Shown: piece by piece, positions 19,091 through 29,600 of the stretch | Layout: each line of letters opens with the position of its first letter | How positions within the stretch are numbered: the first letter of the stretch is position 1 | Assembly (NCBI GenBank): GCA_034423195.1 | Contig: DAOUIZ010000037.1 | Location: forward strand, 9,218 to 73,217 | Reading direction: 5' to 3' | Length of the DNA stretch: 64,000 nt | Source of the DNA: Dehalococcoidia bacterium | GTDB lineage: Bacteria; Chloroflexota; Dehalococcoidia; Lucifugimonadales; UBA3495 | Notes under the pieces: model-generated | The model's database searches: none | Seen by the model: the letters and a program-made list of their open reading frames with translations, nothing else | Told to the model about the DNA's origin: nothing | Position numbers and translations under genes: made by a program

Positions 19091-20020
19091 GTGCGCAATT
19101 ACATGATCCGTCGAGTGGGGCACTCGGTCTTCATCATCCTTGGGCTGATGGCCTTGTTGTTTTTTGCCATCAACATCCTGGGAGACCCGGTACAGTTGCT
19201 GGTCGATGAAGATGCCTCCCAGGAAGCTATCGACGCCTTGCGGGCCAAGTTCGGCCTGGACCGGCCTCTTTATATAAGGTTCGCTGACTTTTACTGGGAC
19301 CTCGCCCGCGGCGACTTCGGCAAGTCCATCCGCCACCGCATTGACGCCAGGGAAATGATCTGGGACCGGCTGCCGAACACCGCGGTCCTGGCCGTGGTGG
19401 CTTGGGCATTGGGTTCCATCGGCATTCCGTTAGGAATGTTGGCCGCAAGACGGCCAAGGGGAATCATGGACCGGATAGTAAACGTCCTGTCCTTCGCCGT
19501 AATTTCCGTGCCCGAGTTCTGGCTGGCCTTGATGCTTATTCTGGTGGTATCCGTCCAGCTTGACCTGCTGCCAACTTCCGGGTTCAACGGTTTGGGGCCC
19601 GCCGGGTGGAAGTTCATGATTCTTCCCGCCATCGCGCTGTGTCCCCGTGTTCTCGGAAGAAACGCCCAGATTACCCGGGCGACCATGATCGAGGAGATTA
19701 ACAAGCAATACGTCGCTACTGCCCGCGCCAAAGGGCTGGCCGAGAACACCGTCCTTTACGCTCATGTCCTCAAGAACGCGGCCATATCCATCGTGACCCT
19801 GATGGGCGACGAGCTGGCCGGATTCATGAACGGTTCCACCGTGGTCGAGATTATTTTCGGATGGCCCGGAATCGGAAAGTTGCTGATTGACGCCATCAAC
19901 GCCCGCGACCTGCCGGTGGTAACTGCGGCGGTGTTCGTGATCGCTCTGATGGTAATGGTCATCAACCTTACAGTTGACCTGATTTACACCTGGCTCGACC
20001 CCCGGATCTCCTACAGTTGA
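19091..20020 (+). CDS. Peptide/nickel ABC transporter permease (DppB/OppB-like)
   Basis: GDFGKS, SVPEFWL, YVATARAKGL, VEIIFGWPGIG motifs. Confidence 0.92.
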   Translation: MRNYMIRRVGHSVFIILGLMALLFFAINILGDPVQLLVDEDASQEAIDALRAKFGLDRPLYIRFADFYWDLARGDFGKSIRHRIDAREMIWDRLPNTAVLAVVAWALGSIGIPLGMLAARRPRGIMDRIVNVLSFAVISVPEFWLALMLILVVSVQLDLLPTSGFNGLGPAGWKFMILPAIALCPRVLGRNAQITRATMIEEINKQYVATARAKGLAENTVLYAHVLKNAAISIVTLMGDELAGFMNGSTVVEIIFGWPGIGKLLIDAINARDLPVVTAAVFVIALMVMVINLTVDLIYTWLDPRISYS

Positions 20021-20107
20021 CCGAGTCACATTCATTCTCATTCTGCCGCCGGTAACCCCGGACCAATACTCAGAATCAGGCCAGCGGGTTTATAAGGACT
20101 CCCCAAC

Positions 20108-21097
20108 ATGATTCAAGAAGAAACAACCACCCTGGAACAAAGCCCGAACAAAATCGTGGCCATCTGGCGCCACGCATTGGTTCAGGCATTCTTCAGCGAC
20201 ACCATAACGCTGCTGTCGGCCTCCTTCCTGCTGATAATCATCCTCGCCGCCATCTTCGCGCCCGTTGTCGCACCCTATGATCCCCAGGACCAGCAGTTGC
20301 GGCTGCGCCACTACGCGCCCCTTACATCCGGGACCGCCTTCGACCGCACCGTGAGCCCTCCCACCGAAAGCACCCGCTTCTTCCTGCTTGGCACCGATCA
20401 CCTTGGCCGTGACTACCTCAGCAGGCTGATATACGGCGGCAGGATCTCCATCCTCGTGGGAGTGCTGGGCGTTCTCATTTCCAGCGTAATTGGGGTGTTC
20501 CTGGGATTGGTGGCCGGTTACTATCGGGGCCTGCTGGACGACGTGATAATGCGGGCGGTGGACGTTTTCATGTCCGTGCCGACGCTGCTGCTGGCCTTGA
20601 TGGTGTTGTTCATATTAGGACCCAGCTTCACCAACATCATCATCGTGTTCGCCGTGGCCCGGTGGATGCTCTACTGCCGCGTAACCAGGGGAGTGGTGCT
20701 CTCCTTGCGGGAGCAGTCCTTCATCGACGCGGCCCGGGCCATCGGTTGCAGCGACGGCAGAATCGTGGGCCGGCACATCCTGCCCAACTTGATTACCCCC
20801 TTGTTGACCCTGGCCGCGCTGGACGTTCCCAGGAACATTCTGACGGAGTCCACCCTCAGCTTCCTGGGATTCGGCATCCAGCCCCCCGAATCGTCCTGGG
20901 GCCTTATGTTGTCCCAGGGACGGCAGTACATCGTCACCGCCTGGTGGGTGGTGGTGGTTCCGGGAATGGCCATCTTCCTCACTGCCCTGTCCTTCAACCT
21001 CTTCGGAGTCTGGATGCGGGCGGTCAGCGACCCTCTCCAGCGGTGGCGGTGGTTGAGGGCCACCAAGGAAGCCAAGGAAGCCGGGGTCCGGATGTAG
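20108..21097 (+). CDS. Peptide/nickel ABC transporter permease (DppC/OppC-like)
   Basis: LGTDHLGRDYLSRLIYGGRIS, FIDAARAIG, HILPN, LSFLGFG and WGLML motifs. Confidence 0.92.
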   Translation: MIQEETTTLEQSPNKIVAIWRHALVQAFFSDTITLLSASFLLIIILAAIFAPVVAPYDPQDQQLRLRHYAPLTSGTAFDRTVSPPTESTRFFLLGTDHLGRDYLSRLIYGGRISILVGVLGVLISSVIGVFLGLVAGYYRGLLDDVIMRAVDVFMSVPTLLLALMVLFILGPSFTNIIIVFAVARWMLYCRVTRGVVLSLREQSFIDAARAIGCSDGRIVGRHILPNLITPLLTLAALDVPRNILTESTLSFLGFGIQPPESSWGLMLSQGRQYIVTAWWVVVVPGMAIFLTALSFNLFGVWMRAVSDPLQRWRWLRATKEAKEAGVRM

Positions 21098-21320
21098 CCG
21101 GCCTACCCCGCGCCGGAAACCCGCCAAACTTCGCCCCGCGCCGGACGCGGGGCGAACTCTTTTCCCGCCAACGTGAGGGCATGGTTGGATACCTGGCCCA
21201 TCCACCCCACCCAACGCCCCAACTTGACCCCCAAAATGCCCAAGGTTATCATCCGTGCTGGATTCGTCGGCCCCGCCGGCCAAATCCTCATGTTCCAGTG
21301 CCCTACATTAAGGAGGGTTC

Positions 21321-23039
21321 ATGCCCAAGGCCAATGAGCTCATACTCCAGGCCCTTGAGGAAGCAGGCGTTGAGTACGTCTTCGGCATTCCCGGGGGCGG
21401 GACCGGACAGATTTTCAACCTCCTGCACGGAAAGGAAGACCGGATCAGGGCCATCCTGTGCCGCCATGAGCAGACGGCGGCTATCATGGCCGACGCCTAC
21501 GCCCGCGCCAGCGGAAAGCCGGCGGTGGTGATGGGCCAGGGACTGTTCATCGGCTCCAATGCCGCTTTCGGTATCATGGAATCCATGTTGAGCAGCTCGC
21601 CGATGCTGGTTCTCACCGACACTTCGGATGGCGGTTCAGCGCAGCATCCGGCCAACCAATCGGGAGCCGGAGAGTACGGCAGCATCGACCTGCAAAACAT
21701 CTTCAAGTCGATGACGAAGTACACCACCCTGGCCACCAGCCCCAAGGAGGCTGTGGTGGGGACCCAGTTGGCCTTGAAGCACGCCACCAGCGGGCGGCCT
21801 GGCCCTGCCGCCGTCGTCATGCGGAGCGCCTCCATCGGAGGGGAAGTCGACCTGGAGGCTCCCCCCTTCATTCATCCCACCGGCGGCTACCTGAATACGG
21901 CGAAACCGCAGAGTTCTCCCCAAGACATCCAGCGGGCCGTGGACATCCTGGCATCATCCCGCAGGCCGGTCCTGGTGGCTGGCAACGGGGTCCATGTTGC
22001 CGAAGCCCACGAGCAGCTCCAGCGTTTGGCCGAAATGTGGAACGCCCCCGTAGCCACCAGCTATAAAGGAAAGAGCGCAATTTCCGAGACGCACCCCTTG
22101 TCCCTGGGAATGGTCGGGGTCTACGGACAGGCGGCGGCCAACCAGGTGGTGGGTGAAGCGGATACTGTGGTCATCGTCGGTGCCAAGCTGAGCCCGCAGG
22201 ATACAGTCAGGGAAAGTCCCAATGTGTTCAACCCCCGGCAGCAGCACATCATCCAGATAGACATCGACGACCGGAACGCGGGGTGGACCTTCCCCATTGA
22301 GCTTGGTTTGACCGGCGACGCCGGCGCCATCATCGACCAGCTGCTGGATGCTTCGGGAGAGATAGCCGCGAATACGGCAACTCAAAGGGAGGAATGGGCG
22401 GGAAGCCTCTCTCGAAAAAAGGCCGACCGCGGCTTTTACAGCGACCCGTCGCTGGGGATCGAATGTTCTCCCGTGACGCCCCAGCGTTTGGTTGCAACGC
22501 TCCAGGAGACCCTTCCGGCGGATACGGTCTTTTCCCTGGATGCGGGCAACAACCGCACCTGGATGGCCCACTTCTACCAGGCCCAGCAGGCCAAGACCTT
22601 CTTTGCGCCGGGTGGTACGGCGGGAATGGGTTGGGGCCTTCCGGCGGCCGTTGCCCTCAAGCTGGTGTACCCCGACCGGCCGGTATGCTGCGTCACCGGA
22701 GACGGCGGCTACATGATGACGGTGAACGCCCTGTCAACCGCAGTCCAGTACGACCTGCCCATTCTGTGCGTGGTCTTCAATGACAGCGCCTTGGGAATGG
22801 TGCTGGACCACCAGGAGCCTGGCCGTGAGATTGCATCCGAATTCGTCCAGACGGATAACGGAGCCGTCGCCCGGGGAATGGGAGCTTTCGGCGTCCAGGT
22901 GAACGACTCCCGGGACCTTCCCGACGCCATCCGTGAAGCGCAGGCATCGGGCCTGCCGGCAGTGGTGGACGTCATCGTCGACCGGGAGCCCAGCCCCGAC
23001 GATTGGCGGGCCGACCTTCGCACCGCGGGAGAGACCTAG
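21321..23039 (+). CDS. ThDP-dependent enzyme, acetolactate-synthase-like (paralog 2)
   Basis: FGIPGG, RHEQ, and GDGGYMM...FNDS motif. Confidence 0.92.
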   Translation: MPKANELILQALEEAGVEYVFGIPGGGTGQIFNLLHGKEDRIRAILCRHEQTAAIMADAYARASGKPAVVMGQGLFIGSNAAFGIMESMLSSSPMLVLTDTSDGGSAQHPANQSGAGEYGSIDLQNIFKSMTKYTTLATSPKEAVVGTQLALKHATSGRPGPAAVVMRSASIGGEVDLEAPPFIHPTGGYLNTAKPQSSPQDIQRAVDILASSRRPVLVAGNGVHVAEAHEQLQRLAEMWNAPVATSYKGKSAISETHPLSLGMVGVYGQAAANQVVGEADTVVIVGAKLSPQDTVRESPNVFNPRQQHIIQIDIDDRNAGWTFPIELGLTGDAGAIIDQLLDASGEIAANTATQREEWAGSLSRKKADRGFYSDPSLGIECSPVTPQRLVATLQETLPADTVFSLDAGNNRTWMAHFYQAQQAKTFFAPGGTAGMGWGLPAAVALKLVYPDRPVCCVTGDGGYMMTVNALSTAVQYDLPILCVVFNDSALGMVLDHQEPGREIASEFVQTDNGAVARGMGAFGVQVNDSRDLPDAIREAQASGLPAVVDVIVDREPSPDDWRADLRTAGET

Positions 23040-23084
23040 ACTCTAACCTGGAACAATAGAACCAGCCTGTAGGAGTGATTTTTC

Positions 23085-25211
23085 ATGGCGACCTGGAGTG
23101 ACAGTCAACTCGCCTCGATCCACAAGATGTTGAACCCGGAGTCGGTGGCCATCGTGGGCGCGACGCCCAGGATGCAGTACGGCGGGCGGTTCCTGAATGC
23201 AATGCTCCAGTCGTGCCAGGACCGGGTGAGGATCTATCCGGTCAACCCCAACTACGATGAGATTATGGGGGTCAAGGCCTACCCCAGCGTCAGCGAACTG
23301 CCGGAAGGGCCGGACCTCGTGGGAATCGTCGTCCCCTACAACCGGGTGCTGGACGTGCTGAAGGAGAGCCACGAGAAGGGAGCCAAGTCCGCTGTCATCA
23401 TCTCTGCCGGGTTTTCTGAGCGCGGCGAGGATGACCGGAGCGACCTGCAGGGCGAGCTGAGCCGCTTTGCCCGGGAATCAGGGCTGCGGTGTAGCGGCCC
23501 CAACTGCCTCGGGCTGGCCAACGTGCGCGACAACATCTGGGCCAGCTCCTCCTCCCGCGGGTCCGACGGACTCACCGGCCCGGTGGGCCTCATCTGCCAG
23601 AGCGGGGCCTCCGCCTTCGGCCCCTTCCTGACCCGGGCGGTGGAGGAAGGGATCGGGTTGAGCCACATCATCTCCACCGGCAACGAGGCTGACCTGGACT
23701 TCTGCGACTTCGCCCGCTACCTGCTGGACGACGACGGGGTCAAGGTAATCGCGGGCTTCGTGGAGGGATTCAAGGACGCCCGCAAGTTCACCGAGGTCGC
23801 CAAGCTCGCGGCGGAGCGGGGCAAGCCCATTGTCCTGATTAAGATCGGCAGGTCCGACCTCGGAGCTCGGGCGGCCCGCTCCCACACGGCGGCTCTGACC
23901 GGATCGGATGCAGTATACGACGAGATGTTCGCCCAATACGGCGTCATCCGGGTCCAGGACTACGACGAGCTTCTGGAAGTCTCCCATCTGCTGGCCAACC
24001 TTCCCAGGCCCAGCCAAAAGGGTGTGGCGGTGGTCTCCCACTCCGGAGGCATCAGCTCGCTTACGGCGGACATGTGCGGACAGGCGGGACTGGACCTCCC
24101 CCTGCTGACGGACCGGGCCCGGGACGGAATCAACGGGGTGCTGAAGGGGTTCGGCTGGGCCGCCAATCCATCTGACGTGACCGGTTTCGCCAACAGCGAG
24201 TCCTTCCCCGAGATTATGGACTTCCTGATTTCCGAGCCGACGGTCGGCAACCTGGTGGTCGCCAGCGCGGGAGCGGATGCCCAGGCGGAGCAGGTGATTG
24301 CCCAGCGGGACGCCAGCGACAAGGGAGTGGCGTTTCTCTGGACTGGTACCCGGGGAGCCACGGCGGGGTTGCCCAAACTGAAGGAAGCCGGGATACCCGT
24401 ATTCTACGTGCCGGACAAGCTCGCTATGGGCCTCAAGTCCCTGCTCGACTACCACGAGTGGCTGGAGGGACGGAACGCCAACGGATTCGGCGACGCTCCG
24501 GCGATGAACGGGGACCAGAACGCGGCCGTGGCAAGGGTCACCGGCCTGGGCCGGCCGTCGCTGACGGAGTATGAAGGAAAGCAGCTGATTGCCGAGTGGG
24601 GGATCCCGGTTACCAAAGAGGAAGTTGCCGGATCAGCGGCTGAGGCGGCCGACGCGGCCCAGCGCATCGGGTACCCGGTGGCCCTGAAAGTGAACTCCCC
24701 CGACATCCTGCACAAGACCGAGGCGGGAGGTATCCGGCTGCATCTGAAAAACGGGGCAGAGGTCAGCGACGCCTTCAGCGAGATAATGGAAGGGGCGCGT
24801 CGGTATGACCCCCAGGCCAGGGTTGAAGGCGTCCTGGTCCAGGAGATGGTGAGCGGCGGCGTTGAGGTGATCGCCGGAATCAACTACGACACCCAGCTGG
24901 GGCCGGTGGTGCTCTTTGGTACCGGCGGAGTGATGGTGGAGGTCTACAACGACGTGGCGGTGCGGCACTGCCCCATCACCAGGGCGGAAGCGCTGGAGAT
25001 GGTCCACCAGGTCAAGGGAGTCAGGCTGCTGCAGGGCTTCCGGGGCGCCCCGGAAGCGGACATCGACGCGCTGGCCGACACCCTGCTGCGGGTCTCCCAG
25101 ATGGCCGTCAACCTGGAAGGAAAACTGTCGGAGCTGGACATCAACCCCCTCATGGTGATGCCCAAGGGCGAGGGAGTTAAAGTAGCCGACGCCCTGGCCG
25201 TGCTTCAGTAG
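23085..25211 (+). CDS. Acetate/acyl-CoA ligase (ADP-forming) family, fused CoA-binding and ATP-grasp domains
   Basis: IYPVNP, GPNCLG, STGNEAD, SHTAAL, GYPVALK, HKTEAGG and ELDINPL motifs. Confidence 0.92.
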   Translation: MATWSDSQLASIHKMLNPESVAIVGATPRMQYGGRFLNAMLQSCQDRVRIYPVNPNYDEIMGVKAYPSVSELPEGPDLVGIVVPYNRVLDVLKESHEKGAKSAVIISAGFSERGEDDRSDLQGELSRFARESGLRCSGPNCLGLANVRDNIWASSSSRGSDGLTGPVGLICQSGASAFGPFLTRAVEEGIGLSHIISTGNEADLDFCDFARYLLDDDGVKVIAGFVEGFKDARKFTEVAKLAAERGKPIVLIKIGRSDLGARAARSHTAALTGSDAVYDEMFAQYGVIRVQDYDELLEVSHLLANLPRPSQKGVAVVSHSGGISSLTADMCGQAGLDLPLLTDRARDGINGVLKGFGWAANPSDVTGFANSESFPEIMDFLISEPTVGNLVVASAGADAQAEQVIAQRDASDKGVAFLWTGTRGATAGLPKLKEAGIPVFYVPDKLAMGLKSLLDYHEWLEGRNANGFGDAPAMNGDQNAAVARVTGLGRPSLTEYEGKQLIAEWGIPVTKEEVAGSAAEAADAAQRIGYPVALKVNSPDILHKTEAGGIRLHLKNGAEVSDAFSEIMEGARRYDPQARVEGVLVQEMVSGGVEVIAGINYDTQLGPVVLFGTGGVMVEVYNDVAVRHCPITRAEALEMVHQVKGVRLLQGFRGAPEADIDALADTLLRVSQMAVNLEGKLSELDINPLMVMPKGEGVKVADALAVLQ

Positions 25212-25311
25212 GGAACGCCTCCCAAGGCCAGCCGGACAAAAGGGAGCGCCGGTTGACGGCACGCCCAGGGCAATCGCATAAAGTCCGACTGGAACCTTTG
25301 ACCCCTTTTTC

Positions 25312-25359
25312 CGTCATTCCCGCGCTTTCTCCCGTCATTCCCGCGTAGGCGGGAATCCA
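25312..25359 (+). repeat. Basic CGTC REP (25333-25359) preceded by a truncated half copy
   Basis: CGTCATTCCCGCG-TAG-GCGGGAATCCA; half copy CGTCATTCCCGCG at 25312. Confidence 0.85.
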
Positions 25360-25458
25360 GACCCCCGTCGTGCGCCCCCCGCAGTATCGTGTTGGCCGTT
25401 CATTGGCTGTTTAACCAAACTGGCAAAGCCTCACCCAGCGTGTGTGTCCTGTTCACAT

Positions 25459-25842
25459 TCAGGCCTTGGCTGTCAGGGGCTCCAGCACGTCCAGTAGCTC
25501 CGCCATGCTGGCCAAGTCCTCCCCGATGGTCACCGGGTCCAGGTCGCCGGTCAGCTCGTAGAAGTTTACGTGCAGGATCTCCGCCCGCCCGTGCAGGAAA
25601 GGAAGGCGGTCGTTGCCGCTTAGGCGGCGGGCCTGGTTCATTACCCGGTGGAAGTGGCTGTGCCGTTCGTACTCCCAGCCCTGGACGAGGGCCACGGCCT
25701 TGGCCATGTGGGCGGCCGCTCCCCAGCCCTTCTCGGATGCCTGGTGAAGGTCTCCGTCGGCCAGGTACTGGCCGGCCCTGTCGAGGAACTCGTGCGCCTG
25801 GGCTGTGTGCCTGGCCGCTTCGTTGCTGTTTCCGTTGACCAT
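25459..25842 (-). CDS. PaREP1-family (HEPN-superfamily) protein
   Basis: A..LA.GDLHQASEKGWGAAA and LHVNFYE motifs. Confidence 0.75.
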   Translation of the reverse strand: MVNGNSNEAARHTAQAHEFLDRAGQYLADGDLHQASEKGWGAAAHMAKAVALVQGWEYERHSHFHRVMNQARRLSGNDRLPFLHGRAEILHVNFYELTGDLDPVTIGEDLASMAELLDVLEPLTAKA

Positions 25843-25889
25843 GTCCTTCTCTTATTGGACGCTCTTGGCCTGAATGTCGACCGGCCCTC

Positions 25890-26309
25890 CTAGTCTGTTT
25901 CCTGGAGCACCTCGCCGGAAAGGGCCGTGACCCGCTCGACGTGGACCAGGACTGCGGCTCCGGTGCGCTCCGGGTCCCGGTCAAGCTCGGCCTGCACGGT
26001 GCGGGACATGACATCCTCGCGGACTGGGCCGCTCTCCACGACCTCTGCAGTCCCGTGGAACCGCCAGTTGATGCGGCGTTCCGCGTTCCGGTAGAACACG
26101 ACGACCTGGGGATTGTCGGCCACGTTTTCCATGGCCGAGCGGCGGGCGCGTTCCCAGTAAGCCAGGGTGGTCGGATCATATACCAGGACGCTTCCCTTCA
26201 TGCTTATCTGGGGCCTCCCGTCGCCCGAGGCAGTGCCCACGATGCAGCAGCAGCCGTCGGCCAGGGCCTTGTCCAACAGTTCCTGCATTTCTCCGCTTAT
26301 GTCAATCAA
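25890..26309 (-). CDS. Pyridoxamine 5'-phosphate oxidase-like (split beta-barrel flavin/F420-binding) protein
   Basis: VGTASGDGRPQIS.KGS and N..NPQV motifs. Confidence 0.8.
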   Translation of the reverse strand: MIDISGEMQELLDKALADGCCCIVGTASGDGRPQISMKGSVLVYDPTTLAYWERARRSAMENVADNPQVVVFYRNAERRINWRFHGTAEVVESGPVREDVMSRTVQAELDRDPERTGAAVLVHVERVTALSGEVLQETD

Positions 26310-26419
26310 TATCCCCCCGTATTTCCGTCATTAGCCGACTCTCGGAGCAATTACGCTGGAAAGCGAATCGAGGAGCGGCCATGCGTGACCACCGGCAACG
26401 GTGGCCGGACTGAATATAG

Positions 26420-26425
26420 TATAAT
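26420..26425 (+). promoter_or_regulatory. Consensus -10 box upstream of the CHAT-STAND-TPR gene
   Basis: TATAAT about 180 bp before the start. No clear -35. Confidence 0.35.
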
Positions 26426-26603
26426 GCGCTGGATTTCCCGAAAGCTCTCCAGCGCCCTCGACCGGCCCAAGCCGGGGACCCGGAGGCGCCGGGACAATGC
26501 GTAACAGTTACGAATACCGGCCGATTCTAGACCACCGGTTTCCGGTTGGCAACGACAGCGGCGCCAGTACCGGGGCCAGTCCGGCGTACACCAGGAGCAG
26601 GCA

Positions 26604-29600
26604 GTGTCCCAAGCGATTGAGATTCACGACCTACCCGAATCCGGCCAGCTGCAGGTTGTCTACCGTAAGCCGGACGCCACCCTCGAAGCCCCTCCCTCAG
26701 GATTCTCCAACCCGCTTGAACCATTCGACCACCGGGAACTCGACTGGTATTTCCGCGAGTACGCGGACCAGCCCTTCGGCCCCAGCCAGGCCCGTTCGGA
26801 GGCGGTGGAGACCGGGCTGAGAAACCTGGGACGGGTGCTGTTCGAATCAACGTTCAACGCCAACCCCGAATCGGCCGCCCTCTACGCCCGGGCTTCCCAG
26901 GACGGCCTTGCCGAAACCCGCCTGGAAATTCTTTCCTCCCGTCAGGAGTTCCTGACCCTGCCCTGGGAACTTATGAACGAGACGGAGGCGGGGTATCCGG
27001 CCACGCAGATGTCCGGCATCATCCGTCGCGGGCCAACCGAAGCCGCCGGTGAATTCGACGCGGACTTGCCGGCGGACCAGCTCAACGTCCTGCTCATCGC
27101 CCCCCGACCATCCCTGGAAGACAGCCTCTTCCGGGGAGGCTTGGCCTCCGAGACCGCCGTTGCCCTGGAGGGCCTGGAGGTGCAGGCCGAACTGGAATAC
27201 GTCAGCCCCCCCAGCTTCCAGGGCTTGGCGGATGCCCTGCAGGGCAACCCCCGGTATTACCACGTTGTCCAGCTCGACGGAATCACGGTCGGGGATGAGC
27301 CGGGAACGCTGGTCCTGGAAACCGGCGCGGGACCGGAGAAGGTGGAGACTGCCCAATTGGGCCGGACGCTGGCATCCGCCCAGGTGCCGGTGGCCTTCCT
27401 CACCGGGGCCGGAGACGGGCGCCAGGAATCCTGGGGCACGCTGGCGGGAGTGGCCTCGGACCTAGCCCACCACGGTGTCCCGGTGGTGGTGTGCCTCCCC
27501 TATCCGCTGGCGGACTCGGCCAGCCGGGAAATGTTTGTACGCCGGTTCTACGAGTCCCTGGCTGGCGGGATGGATGTCGCGGCCAGCGCGGCCGGCGCGC
27601 GCAACGCCCTGATGGAGTCGCCGGTGCGGGTGATTCTGTCCGGCAAGCAGGTGATGTGGGACTGGGTTGCGCCGGTCACCTTCCAGTCCCAAGAGTATTC
27701 CCCCCGGGCTATCGAAGGGGAAGAGCCCGACCCGTTGGCCCCGCCGATGCTCCAGCCCCAGCAGCAGGACGTAAACGTGGAGATGCAGCTTCCCGCACCG
27801 GGGGCTTTCGGCCTCCTCGGCAGGCAGGGAGAACTGCACCGGCTGGAGCGAATGTTCACCGAGTCACCCACGGTGACGCTGACCGGCCCCACCGGAGGCG
27901 GCAAGACGGAGCTCTGCCTGGGCCTGGCCCGCTGGTTCCAGAGGCTTGGCAGGAAACAGCGGCCTGGCGGGGTGTTCTACACAACCTTCGAGGCTTCCCA
28001 TCCCTCGGGGCTGGAGCGGATCGTCCATGAAATCGGGACCAGCGTGGCCGGCCTGGAGTTTCCCGATTTGAGCCTCGACCAGCAGCGGCAGTGGGTGGTG
28101 GAGTACCTGCAGCAGCATCCTTCCCTGCTTATCTGGGACAACGTGGAGAACGCGGCGGGTTTTCCGTCAGGATCGCCCGGGCTGCTTGAGCCGGAGGAAC
28201 TGGGCGGGCTGAACGAGTTCATCGCCGGCGTGACCGGTGATGGACAGAGCTGGGTCCTGCTGGCAACGCGCAGGGATGGGGAGGACTGGCTGTCCGTCCC
28301 CCATCAAACCATGACCCTGCCCGGTCTGCAGGGCGGCGACCGCCGGGAACTGGCTGCCGCGATACTTTCCCAGGCCGGCGTTGAGCCGGGCCGGTTGTCC
28401 CCGGAAGTGGTGGATGTCATCGACTTCGTCGAGGGCAACCCCCTGGCAATGAAGATCGTCCTGCCCCGGTTGAAGGACCTGCCCGCCACGGCGCTCCTGG
28501 CCGAACTCCAGCGGACGCTGGAAAGCCTTCCCGAGTCGGCCCAGGAAGAAGGCAGGCCGACGGCTCTCACGGCGGCGATGGAATTTTCCTGGGGAAAGAT
28601 GTCCCGCCGCAGCCGGACCCACCTCCCCTTCCTCGCCCTGTTCCAGCGGCGGGTGATGATGGACATTCTCAACCACATGACCGGCGAGGCCGGGTACAAG
28701 GGAGCAATGGGTGAGGAACTGGGCTGGGGAGCGACCCGCACGCTGCTGCGGACGGGAATGGCCGATGGCTTCCTCGAAGGGGTATCCCCCAGCGTGTACC
28801 AGATTCATCCCGCCTTGCCCTGGTTCTACGGGCGCAAGCTGGGACAGCAGGTGGCAACGGCCCGGCTGGGAGACTTGGAACAGGAGTACGTCCGGGTCTA
28901 CGCGGACACGGCGGACTACTTCATGGAGTCCCTCTACGAAAACCAGGACGCCGGCGTCACGGCTATCCTGGCTGAGGAGGGCAACCTCACCCAGGCCCTG
29001 GGCCTGGCCCTGGAGGCCCGCCATTGGGACAACGCCCAGTTGCTGGTCCAGCCCCTAGCCCAGGTCTACCGGATGCAGAAGCGTTTCGCAGAGCTGCGGC
29101 GCTTGCGGCGGCAGCTGCTGGAAGTCGTCGGCGTCACGGCGGAGGACGCGGCATCCAACGGAGCGGAGGAATTCTGGACCTACCTGCTGGGCACGGAAGC
29201 CAGCGAGTCGGTCGACGTCGGCGATCTGGAGTACGCCGAGGACCTGAACCGCCGGCTGTACGAGTACCTCTCCGGCTTGGAGGGAAGCGACCAGGATCCC
29301 AGGGTGGCGGCGGTATCCCACCAGTTCGGGCAGATTGCCCTCCGCAGGTTCCGGCTGGACGAGGCGGCCGGCTGGTTCGAGCAGTCCCTGGGGATTATCG
29401 AGAACGGGGAGGACCAGGCGTCCGTGGCCGACGATTACTTCGCCTTGGGACAGGTGAAGCAGCATCAGCGCTACTACACCGAGGCCAAGGAGCTGTATCA
29501 GAAAGCCCTGGATATCCACCAGCGCCTCCCAGACGAGGAGGAGATGGTCAAGGACTATCGGGCCTTGGGAGCCGTGTCCCATCTCAGGTTCGAGTACCAG

